Shown: piece by piece, positions 39,650-50,865 of the stretch | How the letters are laid out: each line of letters opens with the position of its first letter | How positions within the stretch are numbered: position 1 is the stretch's first letter | Assembly: GCA_963793865.1 (NCBI GenBank) | Contig: CAWCBP010000001.1 | Location: 512,001 to 576,000 of the forward strand | Length of the DNA stretch: 64,000 nt | Reading direction: 5' to 3' | From: an uncultured delta proteobacterium | Lineage (GTDB): Bacteria > Desulfobacterota > WTBG01 | Notes under the pieces: model-generated | The model's database searches: none | Seen by the model: only the letters and a program-made list of their open reading frames with translations | Told to the model about the DNA's origin: nothing | Translations under genes and position numbers: made by a program

Positions 39650-41287
39650 CTACTTATAGGCCTCAGGCTCCTTTTTCAGCAGATACGGGAAGTCGCTGCT
39701 GTGCGGGTTGTGACAGTGCGTGCAGCTCTTTCCGGCAAAACCGGGCAGGGTGTCATGAATGTCGGCCGGCTTGCCCGGTTTCCCCCTGATGAGCTGCCAA
39801 ATATAGTTGTGGCATTGATAACAGGCGGTGATGCCCTTTTCATAGACGACCGTGCTGTGGTCTTCTCCATGGCAGTAGCGGCAGGACAGCTGCTGATCGG
39901 GGAGGAGCTTCCGGAACAGCTGCAGATAATAATCGTGCAGGTCTTCGCCGGCCGCCTGCCCGCTCTCCGCCGGTGCTGTCTCCTCCTCCGGCCGGGTGAT
40001 GAGGGGATGGCAGGCCTTGCAGAGCTTTTGCTGGTCGCTGACGATATGGGCCGCGTACTGACTGCCGTGCTGGCTGTGGCAGAGGAGGCAGTTGCCTTCC
40101 TCCGTGTCGCCGTGCTTGAAAGTGCCCGCTACCAGCGAGGCGTCGTGACAATCGGCCAGGAAACACATTTTATAGACGGCCGGCGGCTCCGGATGCTCAC
40201 GGGTGATGGAGTGGCAGGCCCGGCATTTTTTCTCCAAAAAAGACTTGTGGTAGGAGGGGACGTCCCCCCTGGCCCCGGTGACGGTGAGTTCCTTGTCTTC
40301 TATGACGATGGCGGTCTCTCTCCGGGGAAGGTCCTCCTTCTCCTTGTGGCAGGCAACGCAGAGATCAAAGGAACCATCCAGCCTCAAGCGCAGTTTTTCA
40401 TCTGCGACCTTTGCCGCCGCCTCCCGCTTAATGATGCCCTTCTCATGGGGATTGTGACAGGTGCCGCAGAAGATTTCACCCCGAAAGAGCGGCAGACTGA
40501 CCTCATGTTTCTCTTCAGCCGACCTGATTGCGCTTTGCATTTCCTCCGGGGCGACAGCTATGTGGTTTGCGCGCGCCGGGTGGAACGTTTCCTCCTCCCC
40601 GTGGCAGGCAGCGCAAAAGGTGGAGGTTTCGGTTTTGAAGGAGACATCGGCGATGGATGCCGCTGCATCAGCATCGGGCGCCGACTGATGGCAGTAAAGA
40701 CAGCGATCCCTGAGCACATTTCCTGCCCCGTCGCGCTGCTGGTGAGGGTTGGTCTTTGCGTATGCTTCCCGGTTGTGGCAGCGAAAGCAGAGATCCACGG
40801 TTTTTTTATAGGGTGCTCCCCGGAGGAAGTTTATGTTTTCGAACTGCACCGAGGGCTGCGCCCGGCACTGCAGATAGACGTCATGACATGTCCTGCAGGT
40901 TACGTTTCCCCCGTAGAGGGGAAGCCCGGAGGGAATGTTGACCGCGCCTCCGGGTGGGGGAGGGGTAATGCCCGCGGGATGCAGGTCCCCCTTGAGGGAT
41001 TCGCTTCCGTGGCAGGAATTGCACATGGCGATGTCGTCCCCGCCGTACTTGAGCCGCTTGTCCGCATCGCCCTCACGGGGTGTTCCCTCATGACACACGT
41101 CGCAGTCCTTCCCGGTGAAGTGCGGATCAATGATTTCTTCCGGCGGACGCGGCCGGCCGGGGGAAAGAACCCCGTTCTCCTGCCCCCGGGAGATGCCGGG
41201 AAGCGTCACGCCGCCCAGCAGTGCTGTGGCCGCAATCAGGATGATGAGGACACGCATGATTTTGGTCTCAGGTGTGATTTGGTGCAT
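39650..41287 (-). CDS. periplasmic multiheme cytochrome c (14 CxxCH + 1 CX4CH)
   Basis: Signal peptide; motifs counted by eye, including CFLADCH. Confidence 0.9.
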   Translation of the reverse strand: MHQITPETKIMRVLIILIAATALLGGVTLPGISRGQENGVLSPGRPRPPEEIIDPHFTGKDCDVCHEGTPREGDADKRLKYGGDDIAMCNSCHGSESLKGDLHPAGITPPPPGGAVNIPSGLPLYGGNVTCRTCHDVYLQCRAQPSVQFENINFLRGAPYKKTVDLCFRCHNREAYAKTNPHQQRDGAGNVLRDRCLYCHQSAPDADAAASIADVSFKTETSTFCAACHGEEETFHPARANHIAVAPEEMQSAIRSAEEKHEVSLPLFRGEIFCGTCHNPHEKGIIKREAAAKVADEKLRLRLDGSFDLCVACHKEKEDLPRRETAIVIEDKELTVTGARGDVPSYHKSFLEKKCRACHSITREHPEPPAVYKMCFLADCHDASLVAGTFKHGDTEEGNCLLCHSQHGSQYAAHIVSDQQKLCKACHPLITRPEEETAPAESGQAAGEDLHDYYLQLFRKLLPDQQLSCRYCHGEDHSTVVYEKGITACYQCHNYIWQLIRGKPGKPADIHDTLPGFAGKSCTHCHNPHSSDFPYLLKKEPEAYK

Positions 41288-41294
41288 GGTGATG

Positions 41295-43843
41295 TTACGG
41301 AGCGGTTTCTTCCTCCACCCGGGATGACGGTTTTTCCTTCATTCTCCCCTTTATGGAATGAAAGTACTTGAACTTGAAAAGCGCCTCCTCACCGTGGCAG
41401 CCGGCACAGAAGCTGAAGGCGGCGTCCTTTCTCAGAAAACTATTGGTTGCATTTCCTTCCAGCTTTTCTCCTGAACCCCTGGCGGGGGAACGGGCATCCC
41501 AGAGGTGCACATCGTGGCAGGTGGAACAGACGATATCCCCCCGGACATTTTTGTCGCCCTCGGGAGTAAAGATGGGATAGCGGTCAATGAATTTCTTGAA
41601 TGCATCTTCCTTAAGCTCACTTGACCGTTCCTGCATCATGGCCATATAAAGCCGGGAGGGATGAAGCCCGTATTCCAGGAGTTTTTCACCGGCGCAGTGA
41701 TCCGCGGCGTGACAACTGGTACAGAGGCCGACCATGAGATTCTCTGAAGCGGTAAATTCTTCCTTCCAGCTTTCCGGGAGCAAAGGCCCAACCTCCCGGT
41801 TCCAGATAAACGGTCCGATCGAAGCGTTATGAACCGCGTGGCACTGTCTGCAGAGTCCCGATTCCGCCGGCAGCGCCCCCTGTACGTTCTTTGCGTCAGC
41901 GGCAGATATGCGGAGGTCATGTTCTGTGTCCCGGATGTGGCTCTTGTCCGGGTGACATTCGGCACACAGGGGGGAATTGCCGCCGCTGCTGAGCCTGAGA
42001 AAACTGTCTTCCTCCCTTCCCTCATCTCCTTTCTTCTGCGGATTAGCCGGATTCCATTGATGAGAATTATGGCAGGTTGAGCAGACGATAACTCCCTGCG
42101 GGTCTTGTTTTCCCTCGACCAGATAAAGAGGAAGTTTTATGTTGGAATCATTGTCCACGGATACGGCGAGAGAATGAAAATAATTCCCTATGGTTTTTTT
42201 TCCGCCGCAGCTTCCTTCCCGGTGGCATTCCAGGCACAGCTTGGCCATAATGGGATCATCACCTTCCGGCAGGCGCCTTCCCCACATCAAGACGTGGACG
42301 CGCCTCCATGCGCCAGATGGCAGCAGCCGCAGATGCCCGATTGCGCGGGGGATTGATCAAGCAGGTTTTTCTCTTCAGGCGCTGACTGGGAAAGGTCATG
42401 GTCTGTTTTAAGCAGGGAATCCTGCTGCTTATGACATCCGAGGCAGAGCGCGGAGGCTTGATTGGGGGTCCGCAGGAAGCTGTTGCTGCTATCTCCCTTT
42501 TCATCTTTGGAACCTTTTTTGTCCGGGTTGAGCGGATCCCACTGGTGGCTGTTGTGACAGCTGGAACAGTAGACTGCGCCTCCACTGTCTCTGCTGCCGG
42601 TATCTGAATAGAGGGGGAATTCTGCCGTGCTTTTCTCGTCCTTCGGTTGCACCCCGATGGGGTGGCCGGTTTCGGGAATGGGTGCCGCATCAGCGCACGC
42701 ATCCTGTGCGTGGCAGCTTTTACAGATGCCGACCGCGGGCTTTTCTTCGCCGCTCCATTGGCGGGCCCACATGAAGGGACCTGATCCCTCGTGGGTGAAA
42801 TGACAGCAGCTGCAGGGGCCTGACCGGGATGCGGTCTGACCGCGGCTGTTTTCGGCATCGGGCGCCATCACGCGCAGATCATGCTTGTTGTTCCTGAGAA
42901 GCTTTTCCTGGGACGCATGGCATTGCAGGCAGAGCGAGTCCTGCCCGTTGGTCGCGCTCAACAGGGATTCATGTGCTGCGGGGCTGTGTGCTGAGTGACA
43001 GGTAACGCAGACAATCTCACCCCGGGAACCGAGCCGTACTTTCTCTCCATTATCCCATGTGTCGGGAATCTTAGCATCCGCCGGCTTAAGATCAACGCTG
43101 TGCGAAAACAGATTTCTTTTCGGATCCTGATTGAGCCCGGGGAATGTGCCGTGGCATGCCTCGCAGAGCACGGGATAGGCGCCCGGCTGGTCGACCGGCA
43201 GAACCAGCCTTTCGTCGGTGAACCCTCCATGGGCCACATGGCAGCTTTCGCAGATAACCTGGTTGGGTTCATCCCCGGTGTACCCGCCATATGCCGCAAT
43301 GAGATCAGGGACAGCAAGGGTGGTTTTGTTGACAGGATGGTTTCCCTGTTCCGGGCCGCCCTCCTTGTCGACGTGACACATGGTGCACATGGCGGAATTC
43401 CGGTTGGACGTCCGCAGAAAGATGGTTTTTTCGATGCCCGGCTCGCTTGAAACACCGTGGGCGCTGTGGCAGGTGGCGCAGTCCATCTTTCCTTCCCCGT
43501 CAAGGGGAAAGATTTCCGGAATCTTGATCTTTTCCGAGGGAATGATGCCCACCTGGTGCTTTCGGTCGTTATGAACCTTCTTGCGGGAATCAACGGTGGA
43601 GCCGTCGTGGCAGGAAAAGCACATGTCTGCCTCCGCTGCCGTATCCTGTGCGGCAAAGGGGACCAGCGCGGTGCCTCTTTTCCCGATGAAGAAGGTTTCG
43701 ACCCAGCCGTAGTGACAGATGGCGCACTCCTTGGCCGAATCAGGTTTGAGGGTGGTGGTTGTTGTTGTGGCGCGGGCTGAGGATGCCGCTAGGAAAAAAA
43801 AGAAAATGTTTGCCAGAAGGAGCGCCTTGCTTTTGTGCCTCAT
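41295..43843 (-). CDS. large multiheme cytochrome c, about 20 hemes (frameshift near 42292)
   Basis: 13 CxxCH in 42287-43843 plus 7 in 41295-42290; the junction CHLAHGG|LMWGR is collinear with the paralogues. Confidence 0.85.
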
Positions 43844-43844
43844 G

Positions 43845-44663
43845 TTACCGGGGAAGGGTAGTTTTTACCGATTGTGCACATCTGAACCCCGTGTTGAAGT
43901 TTCCCAGATCCGGGGCATTTTTATAGCGATTGGCTATCCGCAGGCCCGATTCTTCGTTGTACCAGGCGCCACCCCTCACAACCTTTCTTTCGCCGCGCTG
44001 TGGTCCCCGGGGCCTTTCACCGGGGCTCATGGAGTAATAGGTATCGCTGTACCAATCCTCACACCATTCCCCCACATTGCCCGCCATATCATAGAGGCCG
44101 TATCCATGCGGTTCAAAACTTTTTACCGGGGTAATCCCGAAGGACGCATAATTTGCCTTGGTCTTGTCTATTTCATCACCCCAGGGGTATCTCCTGCCAT
44201 CGGCACCTCCCCGGGCCGCCTTTTCCCACTCGGCCTCGGTGGGAAGTCTTTTACCGGCCCACCGGGCAAAGGCAGAGGCGTCATACCAGCTCACTCCTAC
44301 CACAGGATCCTCCGGCCGGTCATACTCCGGATTCCAGAGCTGATGGGGAGGATATCCGGTTTCGCTCAGGAAACGGCCGTAGCGGGCACAGGTTACCTCG
44401 GCTGCATCAATATAAAACGCATCCAGATACACTTTATGGAGAGGCCGTTCATCTCCCTCTCCTTCTTCGGAGCCCATCATAAAGTGGCCTGCGGGGATGA
44501 GAACCATGGCCCCCGGGTCTTTATCAGCCGTGAGACCGGTCGGCAGGCCCTGATCAACGGATTCTGCCTGGGGGGCAGGGACCGGGACACGTGCGCGACA
44601 TGAACAGACGATGACCAGGAGAACTGCGATGAAGATGGTTGATTTTCCCGGATATGGTTTCAT
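43845..44663 (-). CDS. FGE-sulfatase (SUMF1) domain lipoprotein
   Basis: VCSC lipobox-like; IPAGHFMMGS, RLPTEAEWEKAARG, GLYDMAGNVGEW, RGGAW, GFRC. Confidence 0.88.
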   Translation of the reverse strand: MKPYPGKSTIFIAVLLVIVCSCRARVPVPAPQAESVDQGLPTGLTADKDPGAMVLIPAGHFMMGSEEGEGDERPLHKVYLDAFYIDAAEVTCARYGRFLSETGYPPHQLWNPEYDRPEDPVVGVSWYDASAFARWAGKRLPTEAEWEKAARGGADGRRYPWGDEIDKTKANYASFGITPVKSFEPHGYGLYDMAGNVGEWCEDWYSDTYYSMSPGERPRGPQRGERKVVRGGAWYNEESGLRIANRYKNAPDLGNFNTGFRCAQSVKTTLPR

Positions 44664-44917
44664 AGCGTGCTCAACAATCACGGGCGTAATGATGCGGGTA
44701 AATCGTAAGTCTCGCGCCACCCTACCGCCAAGAGTACAGGCCTGAATAAAAAATGAGGTGGATACGCATTGTTTTTTTGCATTTATTTCCGGAATCTGCT
44801 ATTGAGAAACAATATGCATATTTAGTATGTTTTTTGACAGGAAGTCAAGGTGTAATTCAAAAAACCGGAGAGGCCTGTTTGCTCGTCCCCCGCATTACAT
44901 TTTTTTCACAAAGACCG

Positions 44918-45820
44918 ATGGTTTTCAGCCAAGGTGTGCGCATACTCATAATGGTGATCTGCCTGGGAGGGGCGTGCACGCCGTACCGGGATATCCTTTC
45001 ACCGGTAAATCTTATGCCCGATGCAACCTATGTAGGTTCGGAAGAATGTGCCGTTTGCCATGATGATGTGTTCGAATACTATCGGGAGACCATTCATTAC
45101 CGGGTCCGGGCATTCGAGGTTACCGGTCAGGAGAGGGGATGCGAAGGGTGCCACGGGCCGGGAAGTGCCCACGTGACGTCGAAAGGCAAGATCGAACATA
45201 CCATCAGTTTTGACAGGCTTAAACCGGCTGAGAGCTCTGCTGTCTGCCTCACCTGCCACAGGAATGATCCGCTCTTCAGCTGGGAAGGTAACCTTCATGC
45301 CATGCATGATGTGGGATGCAATCAATGCCACAAGTCCCATAAGATCACTCAGGAAAAGATGTTATACAAGGGTGAGCCTGCGCTCTGCTATGACTGCCAT
45401 CAGCAGATGAAGGTGCTGGCGGAATTTCCATCGCACCATCCCATACGGGAAGGCAAAATGAAATGCAGCGCCTGCCACAGCACCCACGGTGCCGAGGAAA
45501 ATGGCCTGAAGGAGATTACCGTCAATGACCTCTGTTACGAGTGCCATACCGATAAGCAGGGCCCCTTCTTGTATGAGCACCCCCCGGTCGAAGAAGATTG
45601 TGAACTCTGCCATGACGCGCACGGCACCATTGCCAACAATCTGTTGAAACAGAACCAGCCCTTTCTCTGCCTGCGCTGCCATCGCGGGCATAAAGGCTTT
45701 GACGGAGGGGGTTCGCATCCAACCCTCTCATCCATGATGACCTCCTGCACGCAGTGCCATTCGCAAATTCACGGCAGCGATCTCTACTCCCAGCTGGGGG
45801 AAGGCGGGCTTACCCGCTGA
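44918..45820 (+). CDS. MtrA/DmsE-family decaheme cytochrome c
   Basis: Exactly 10 CxxCH; YVGSEECAVCH, SHHPIREG, GPFLYEHPPV, CTQCHSQIHGS. Confidence 0.93.
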   Translation: MVFSQGVRILIMVICLGGACTPYRDILSPVNLMPDATYVGSEECAVCHDDVFEYYRETIHYRVRAFEVTGQERGCEGCHGPGSAHVTSKGKIEHTISFDRLKPAESSAVCLTCHRNDPLFSWEGNLHAMHDVGCNQCHKSHKITQEKMLYKGEPALCYDCHQQMKVLAEFPSHHPIREGKMKCSACHSTHGAEENGLKEITVNDLCYECHTDKQGPFLYEHPPVEEDCELCHDAHGTIANNLLKQNQPFLCLRCHRGHKGFDGGGSHPTLSSMMTSCTQCHSQIHGSDLYSQLGEGGLTR

Positions 45821-45893
45821 CGGCCGTTATGCGGGTGCGTGTGCGGGTTTGGCATCATGGTGGCACTCAACACGTGGTACGGAAGATGACGGC

Positions 45894-47729
45894 ATGCCAT
45901 TAAAGAGCGCTTGCACATCCGTTATGCTGCTGATGGTCGCGATTGCCTTCCCGCGCGCTGTGCCGGCGGAGCTTCTGTCGGAATTTTTTGATCAGGGGCA
46001 TTATTCCCTTGACACCAGGGCAGGGTATCACCACGCTTCGGTAAGCGGCTACCGGGGCAAAGTGGGCGAGTATGAATCGCTTGATTCCGGCATGGAAGGC
46101 GGCTTCACCCTGCACTCCTACAGCGCTGGCAATTATCTGGATCTGGCCGGAACGCTGCGGGATGAGAATGACCAGAACTATCTGCTCGATTTTGACGCGA
46201 GCAGGATCTTTGAAACCGAGACCACCTACACCAGGTTTAAACACTACCTGGATCACGATCCCCTGGCCAACCAGGATTTCTTCACCGATTACGACCCCTT
46301 CAGCAGCAATGCCATGATCAGGGAGGAGATCAAAAGCGAAAACACGCTGCGCGTTCCCTTTATTCCCCACCTGAAATTTAACGCCGATTTCAGGGAGCTC
46401 AACAAGCGGGGCCACCAGCAGGCCACCACCGTCAGCAAATGCACCCAGTGCCATGTCGTATCCAAAAACAAGCGCATCGACCAGAGCACCAGGGATGTTG
46501 ACGTCGGGGCGGAAATGACCATCGGGCTGCTCACCTTTAACTATAATTACCTGCAGAGAAGCTTCAGCGAGGGAGCGACTCCTCCCATAGCCTTCTACGG
46601 ATTTTCCTCCTCATTTCCGGTAGAGGGATTTCAGTACTACAGCAGCGTTTCGGATTCCCGGACCTCAAGCAACCGGTTCCGGACCAAGGCCGTGCTGCCC
46701 CTGCGCTCCTCTGTAAGTTTTGACTATCAAACGGGAAGCAATCATAGCCGGGAGACGCACTCGGAGCGCGATTTTGACAGTTTTGCCGCACGCTTCTCCA
46801 CAACGGCCTTCAAGTATGTATCCCTGAGCTTTAATTATCATGACTATCACATGGATAATGACATTCCCGGCTCCATGGAGCGGGATTTTACCAGGAGCTC
46901 GTTTTCCTTTAAAACCCTGCCCTGGAAGAAGAGCTTTTTTACCGGGGGATATCGCTGGGAGGACATTGACCGGAAGGAGAGCGCGCAGGAATCAACCACG
47001 CGGGAGGTTGCCACGATCGGTTTTTTAAGCAGGCCCCACCGTACGGTCGATCTGAATGTGCGCTACCGGAACGAGAGAACCCATGACCCGTTTGTGAATG
47101 AAGAATGGAAATTGTTCCGGTCTCTCATGACCAGCGAGCCCACCAGGAGGGATGAAACGCGGGTTGCCCTCAACTGGAGCCCGAGAGGGAACCTGGCGCT
47201 TTCATCGTTCATCGTCTATGAACAGGCGGACAGCAGCCGCTATGAGGTTGATGAGGAGCGGGTGGAAATGATGGTGAGCCTCTGGTACGCCCCCCGGGAG
47301 AACCTCACCGTCACCGGCTCATACGGTCTGATTGACACCGAGATTGAAACGGAAGCGGCCTCCAGAACCGTTCACGGCACCCGCCTCGACGACCTTTCGC
47401 TTGATGACCGCGTGCCCTATGATGACCGGAGCAGCTGCTACAATCTTTTACTCAACTACCGTTTTTTACCCAACCTTGCCCTGAACAGCTCCATCACCTT
47501 TGTCCATTCCAGCGCTGATTTTGATTCCAGCATTTACGACCACAACATAGGGGAGTATTCGGATTTAAACATCGAACGGCTTGATGCCTCTTTCGGGCTG
47601 GAATATCTTTACAAGCCTTACATCAGCTTTTACGGCAGATATAATGTAAGGGACTACAATGACCGGGAAACAAACGACCTTGATGGAGAGCTCCACTTTA
47701 TCAGCCTGGGAATGCAGTACAGCTTCTGA
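45894..47729 (+). CDS. MtrB/PioB-like outer-membrane porin carrying one CxxCH
   Basis: Signal peptide, KVGEY near the N-terminus, Tyr/Phe-rich beta strands, C-terminal YSF, SKCTQCHV; directly downstream of the decaheme gene. Confidence 0.85.
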   Translation: MPLKSACTSVMLLMVAIAFPRAVPAELLSEFFDQGHYSLDTRAGYHHASVSGYRGKVGEYESLDSGMEGGFTLHSYSAGNYLDLAGTLRDENDQNYLLDFDASRIFETETTYTRFKHYLDHDPLANQDFFTDYDPFSSNAMIREEIKSENTLRVPFIPHLKFNADFRELNKRGHQQATTVSKCTQCHVVSKNKRIDQSTRDVDVGAEMTIGLLTFNYNYLQRSFSEGATPPIAFYGFSSSFPVEGFQYYSSVSDSRTSSNRFRTKAVLPLRSSVSFDYQTGSNHSRETHSERDFDSFAARFSTTAFKYVSLSFNYHDYHMDNDIPGSMERDFTRSSFSFKTLPWKKSFFTGGYRWEDIDRKESAQESTTREVATIGFLSRPHRTVDLNVRYRNERTHDPFVNEEWKLFRSLMTSEPTRRDETRVALNWSPRGNLALSSFIVYEQADSSRYEVDEERVEMMVSLWYAPRENLTVTGSYGLIDTEIETEAASRTVHGTRLDDLSLDDRVPYDDRSSCYNLLLNYRFLPNLALNSSITFVHSSADFDSSIYDHNIGEYSDLNIERLDASFGLEYLYKPYISFYGRYNVRDYNDRETNDLDGELHFISLGMQYSF

Positions 47730-47768
47730 CCGGGTTCATGCTGCAGGGGCTCGGGGAGAGGGAAGACA

Positions 47769-48365
47769 ATGAAAGTCCCCACCATGGTTCTGGTGTGCCT
47801 CCTGTGCTCCTGCCTGCACGGTGCGGCTGCCGAGGCGCTGCTGGTTTCGCTCAGCCCGCAGGAGGTGGAAGAAGCGTTGCGGCAGGGCAGGGAGAAGGGA
47901 GACCAGGTGGCTGAATATGTCAACCGCATCTATGGTTTCGGGAAGGAGGACAGGCACGGCGAAAATGGCATTATCAGAACCAAGTGGAGCAAACTGGTGG
48001 TGCTTTCAGGTTTGCTGGCCGCACGGGGGGGCAAACCCTCGGAGAAGGATCTTAACGGCATTATAACCAGCACCGACCTGCAGATTGATCTTCACGCCTT
48101 TGGGGATCGGGTGGGTTTCGCGGATTCGTACACAACCTACCTCGTCCAGTCGGGAAGGCGCGTTGATCCTGAAAAAATTGCCGCTGACGATGTTGTGTAT
48201 CCCGCCGGAGACGGGGCCGTGGTTTCCGGGTTCCCGGGGTATCACGCCACCGTCCGTTCCTACTTCCTCTATGATAAGATTAATCCCGCCGGCAGGGCGG
48301 AGATTGTTTTAGTGAAAAACAAGAAAAAAATTTCCTTTGAGGTCAATTTGGCTGATTTCAAGTAG
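47769..48365 (+). CDS. hypothetical exported protein
   Basis: 198 aa, signal peptide (AEA|L), operon spacing. Confidence 0.7.
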   Translation: MKVPTMVLVCLLCSCLHGAAAEALLVSLSPQEVEEALRQGREKGDQVAEYVNRIYGFGKEDRHGENGIIRTKWSKLVVLSGLLAARGGKPSEKDLNGIITSTDLQIDLHAFGDRVGFADSYTTYLVQSGRRVDPEKIAADDVVYPAGDGAVVSGFPGYHATVRSYFLYDKINPAGRAEIVLVKNKKKISFEVNLADFK

Positions 48366-48473
48366 GAGAGGAGGGGTCTTTTACCCCCTTGACGGGGGCG
48401 ACTGTTTTGCTCAGGCGGTTCCGGAACTGCCGGCTCGCAACCAATTAACATGTTCGTATAAAGGAGGTCAGGC

Positions 48474-49158
48474 GTGAGAACAATATGCAGAATTGGATAT
48501 GTAATTGTCCTTGCAGCGGCGGTTGCTGCCGTTTCCCCGCGCGGCAGTGCTGCCAATCAAAAGGTTGACTCCTCAGGCTGCTTGCCGTGTCATGAGCTGG
48601 GCGTGTTCGGTGCGGATGACGGGTCCATTCACGGCAGCCACAGCAATTGCGCTGACTGCCATGACGGCTCGCCGGGGGCGGGTAATGTGTTTTCCTCATC
48701 CTGCATTGAATGCCACCCCGCATCCGGTTCGGCAAAGTGCGATCTGGTCGATTTCCATGAAGAGGCGACCGGTTATGTGCCCTCGGGGGCATCGTGCCTT
48801 GACTGTCACAGTGACTGCGGCGGTTCAACCACCACCACCACTGCACTCCTGCCAACCATCAAAGGGAACCGGTATGAGGTGTTGTTCGTCGGTCCCGTTC
48901 AAGGAAGGCTGCAACAGCACGACCATCGACTTTCGCTCTGATAATGTGATGGTGCTGGATTGCATGGATGGGTACGGTACCTATGTTTCAGTGGGGAACG
49001 TTTTCACCGCGGTGTACTGGTCAAACAATTATTTCCTGGGGAACGGCCTGGGCATGGTTTTGAGCGGGGCTGCGGTCAATTCCTATATCGTGGGTGGCGG
49101 TCTGGCATATTATGGAAGGATTCTGAGTATCGTATTGCTGTCCGGATATATCCTGTAA
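48474..49158 (+). CDS. exported tetraheme cytochrome c with Thr linker and C-terminal beta domain (frameshift near 48897)
   Basis: AGGAGG RBS; CLPCH, CADCH, CIECH, CLDCH; GGSTTTTTA; continuation FKEGCNSTTIDF...SGYIL. Confidence 0.75.
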
Positions 49159-49226
49159 ATGTGGTGTGGGCAACGGCGCTTTTTATCGTCTTAATTTTGC
49201 ATGATGGTCATTTTCCTCTCAGCACT

Positions 49227-50632
49227 CTATGGGTACTCACAGGCGGAAGCGGCACAGTATGCGTTGCAGGGGTTAAGGAGAGCACTTCTGCCGAAATCCA
49301 GCTTGAACAGAGATGCATCGGTTCCGTCCACATCCCCGTCACAGTTAAAATCACCGTTGCAGGGGCTAAGGCCGGTGCAGGGATCCAGTATAGTACTTCT
49401 CCCGAAATCAGTCGTGAAGGTCCGGGCGTCGGTGCCGTCCACATCGCTGTCTGTATCAAAATTTCCCTCGCAGTCGCAGATATACAAAGATCCGGGACTG
49501 ACCAGGCCGTATCCGAAGGTGCTGTCCAATCCGGGCTCCCCCAGATCAATGGCACTGTTCTGCAGCATCTCCCGTACTTCATCGTGTATGCCGTTGCCGT
49601 TGACGTCAACCGGATTGGCGGCGAAGAACAGGGCGGCAATGCCGCTCACATGAGGTGCCGCCTGGGAGGTGCCGCTCAGAAAAGCATAGTCACCCCCCCG
49701 CACTGTTGACAGGATGTTCTCGCCCGGTGCCGCCAGCTCCAGGGCCGGACCTATCGGGGAAAAATAAGCCGTTTGGTCACCGGCATCGGTGGCGGTTACT
49801 GCTATCACCGATGAATAGGCTGCCGGATATTTTACTTCACCTCCGCTGGTATTTCCCCCCGCGGCCACCAGCAGCACCCCCGCAGCATATGCAGCATCAC
49901 ACGCATCGTGCAGGGACTGAAAGTCAGGTCCCTCCAGGCTCATGTTGGCGATGTGCATTCCATTATCAACCGCCCATTCTATGCCGGCAATAACCCACCC
50001 CAGCGTGCCGAAGCCGGCGCCGTCGAGCACCCTCAGGGCGTAAAGGTCCGCCTCAGGGGCGACTCCGATCACGCCGCTTCCGTTCCCTTCAGCCGCGATT
50101 ATCCCTGCAACGTGGGTGCCGTGGCTGATGGTGGTTTCATCATCGGGGATGGTGTCGTTAAAGACAAAATCAAAGCCGCCCCTGTAGTTATCGTCCAGGT
50201 CCGGATGGAGCTGATAGGTGTAGGTGGGCGGGGTTGTCGGTGGATCTGCAGGAATCCTGTCAAATATCCCGCAATCGATTACGGCAATTTTCACCCCTGC
50301 TCCCTTGTTTCCGGCGGCGTGTGCCATGTTTGCACTTATATGGAGCACGCCCCATGAGTCCTGTATTCATCGGAAGCCTTAAAGATGCCATCCGGTTCTA
50401 CATAAGCGACAGTACGGTGATTGACTATTGCATCAATGCCCTGGTCGGGGAGCGTAACCGCCATGGCCGGAATCAGATTATAACGGCGCTTAACAATTCC
50501 CCTGGCACCGCGCACCAGCTCCATCTCGGCGATACCCGGTGTCCGGCGAAAGACGACGATACAATCCTTTTCTGCTGACGCTGCAGATTGAGGCACTATC
50601 AGCAGGAGCAAAACGAGCAGGGTATATTTCAT
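49227..50632 (-). CDS. secreted S8 subtilisin with propeptide and C-terminal dockerin/EF-hand-like repeats (frameshift near 50360)
   Basis: IAVIDCG, HGTHVAG, SGTSQAAPHV triad; propeptide ..YVEPD; two DVDGTDA..F..DFGRS repeats. Confidence 0.9.
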
Positions 50633-50865
50633 ATGTATAGGTGAGATCCCGTTGTTGATAAAAGTGATTGTATTATATCATGTTTGAGTTTATAGTTCAA
50701 CTCCGGTGTTCGTGGGGCACTGCATCTGCTGAATATAGTTGCAAACGGGCGCCCATTACGTTATTAATTAACATTTACAAAAATGATGCACAATCCTCGC
50801 GTTTTCGGGAACCCGCACGCATGATCGACTTCAAGCCGCTTACGAGAATTTTTCATTCTCAAGGG

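Noticed and set aside
39593..41371. 592 aa plus-strand ORF (also 2904-3899, 20658-21719, 31674-32549, 62355-63074)
   Set aside because: Antisense shadows of well-supported genes in GC-rich DNA; no motifs.
43750..43770. Poly-Thr microsatellite as a contingency locus
   Set aside because: Mixed ACA/ACC codons encoding a short linker after the signal peptide; in frame.
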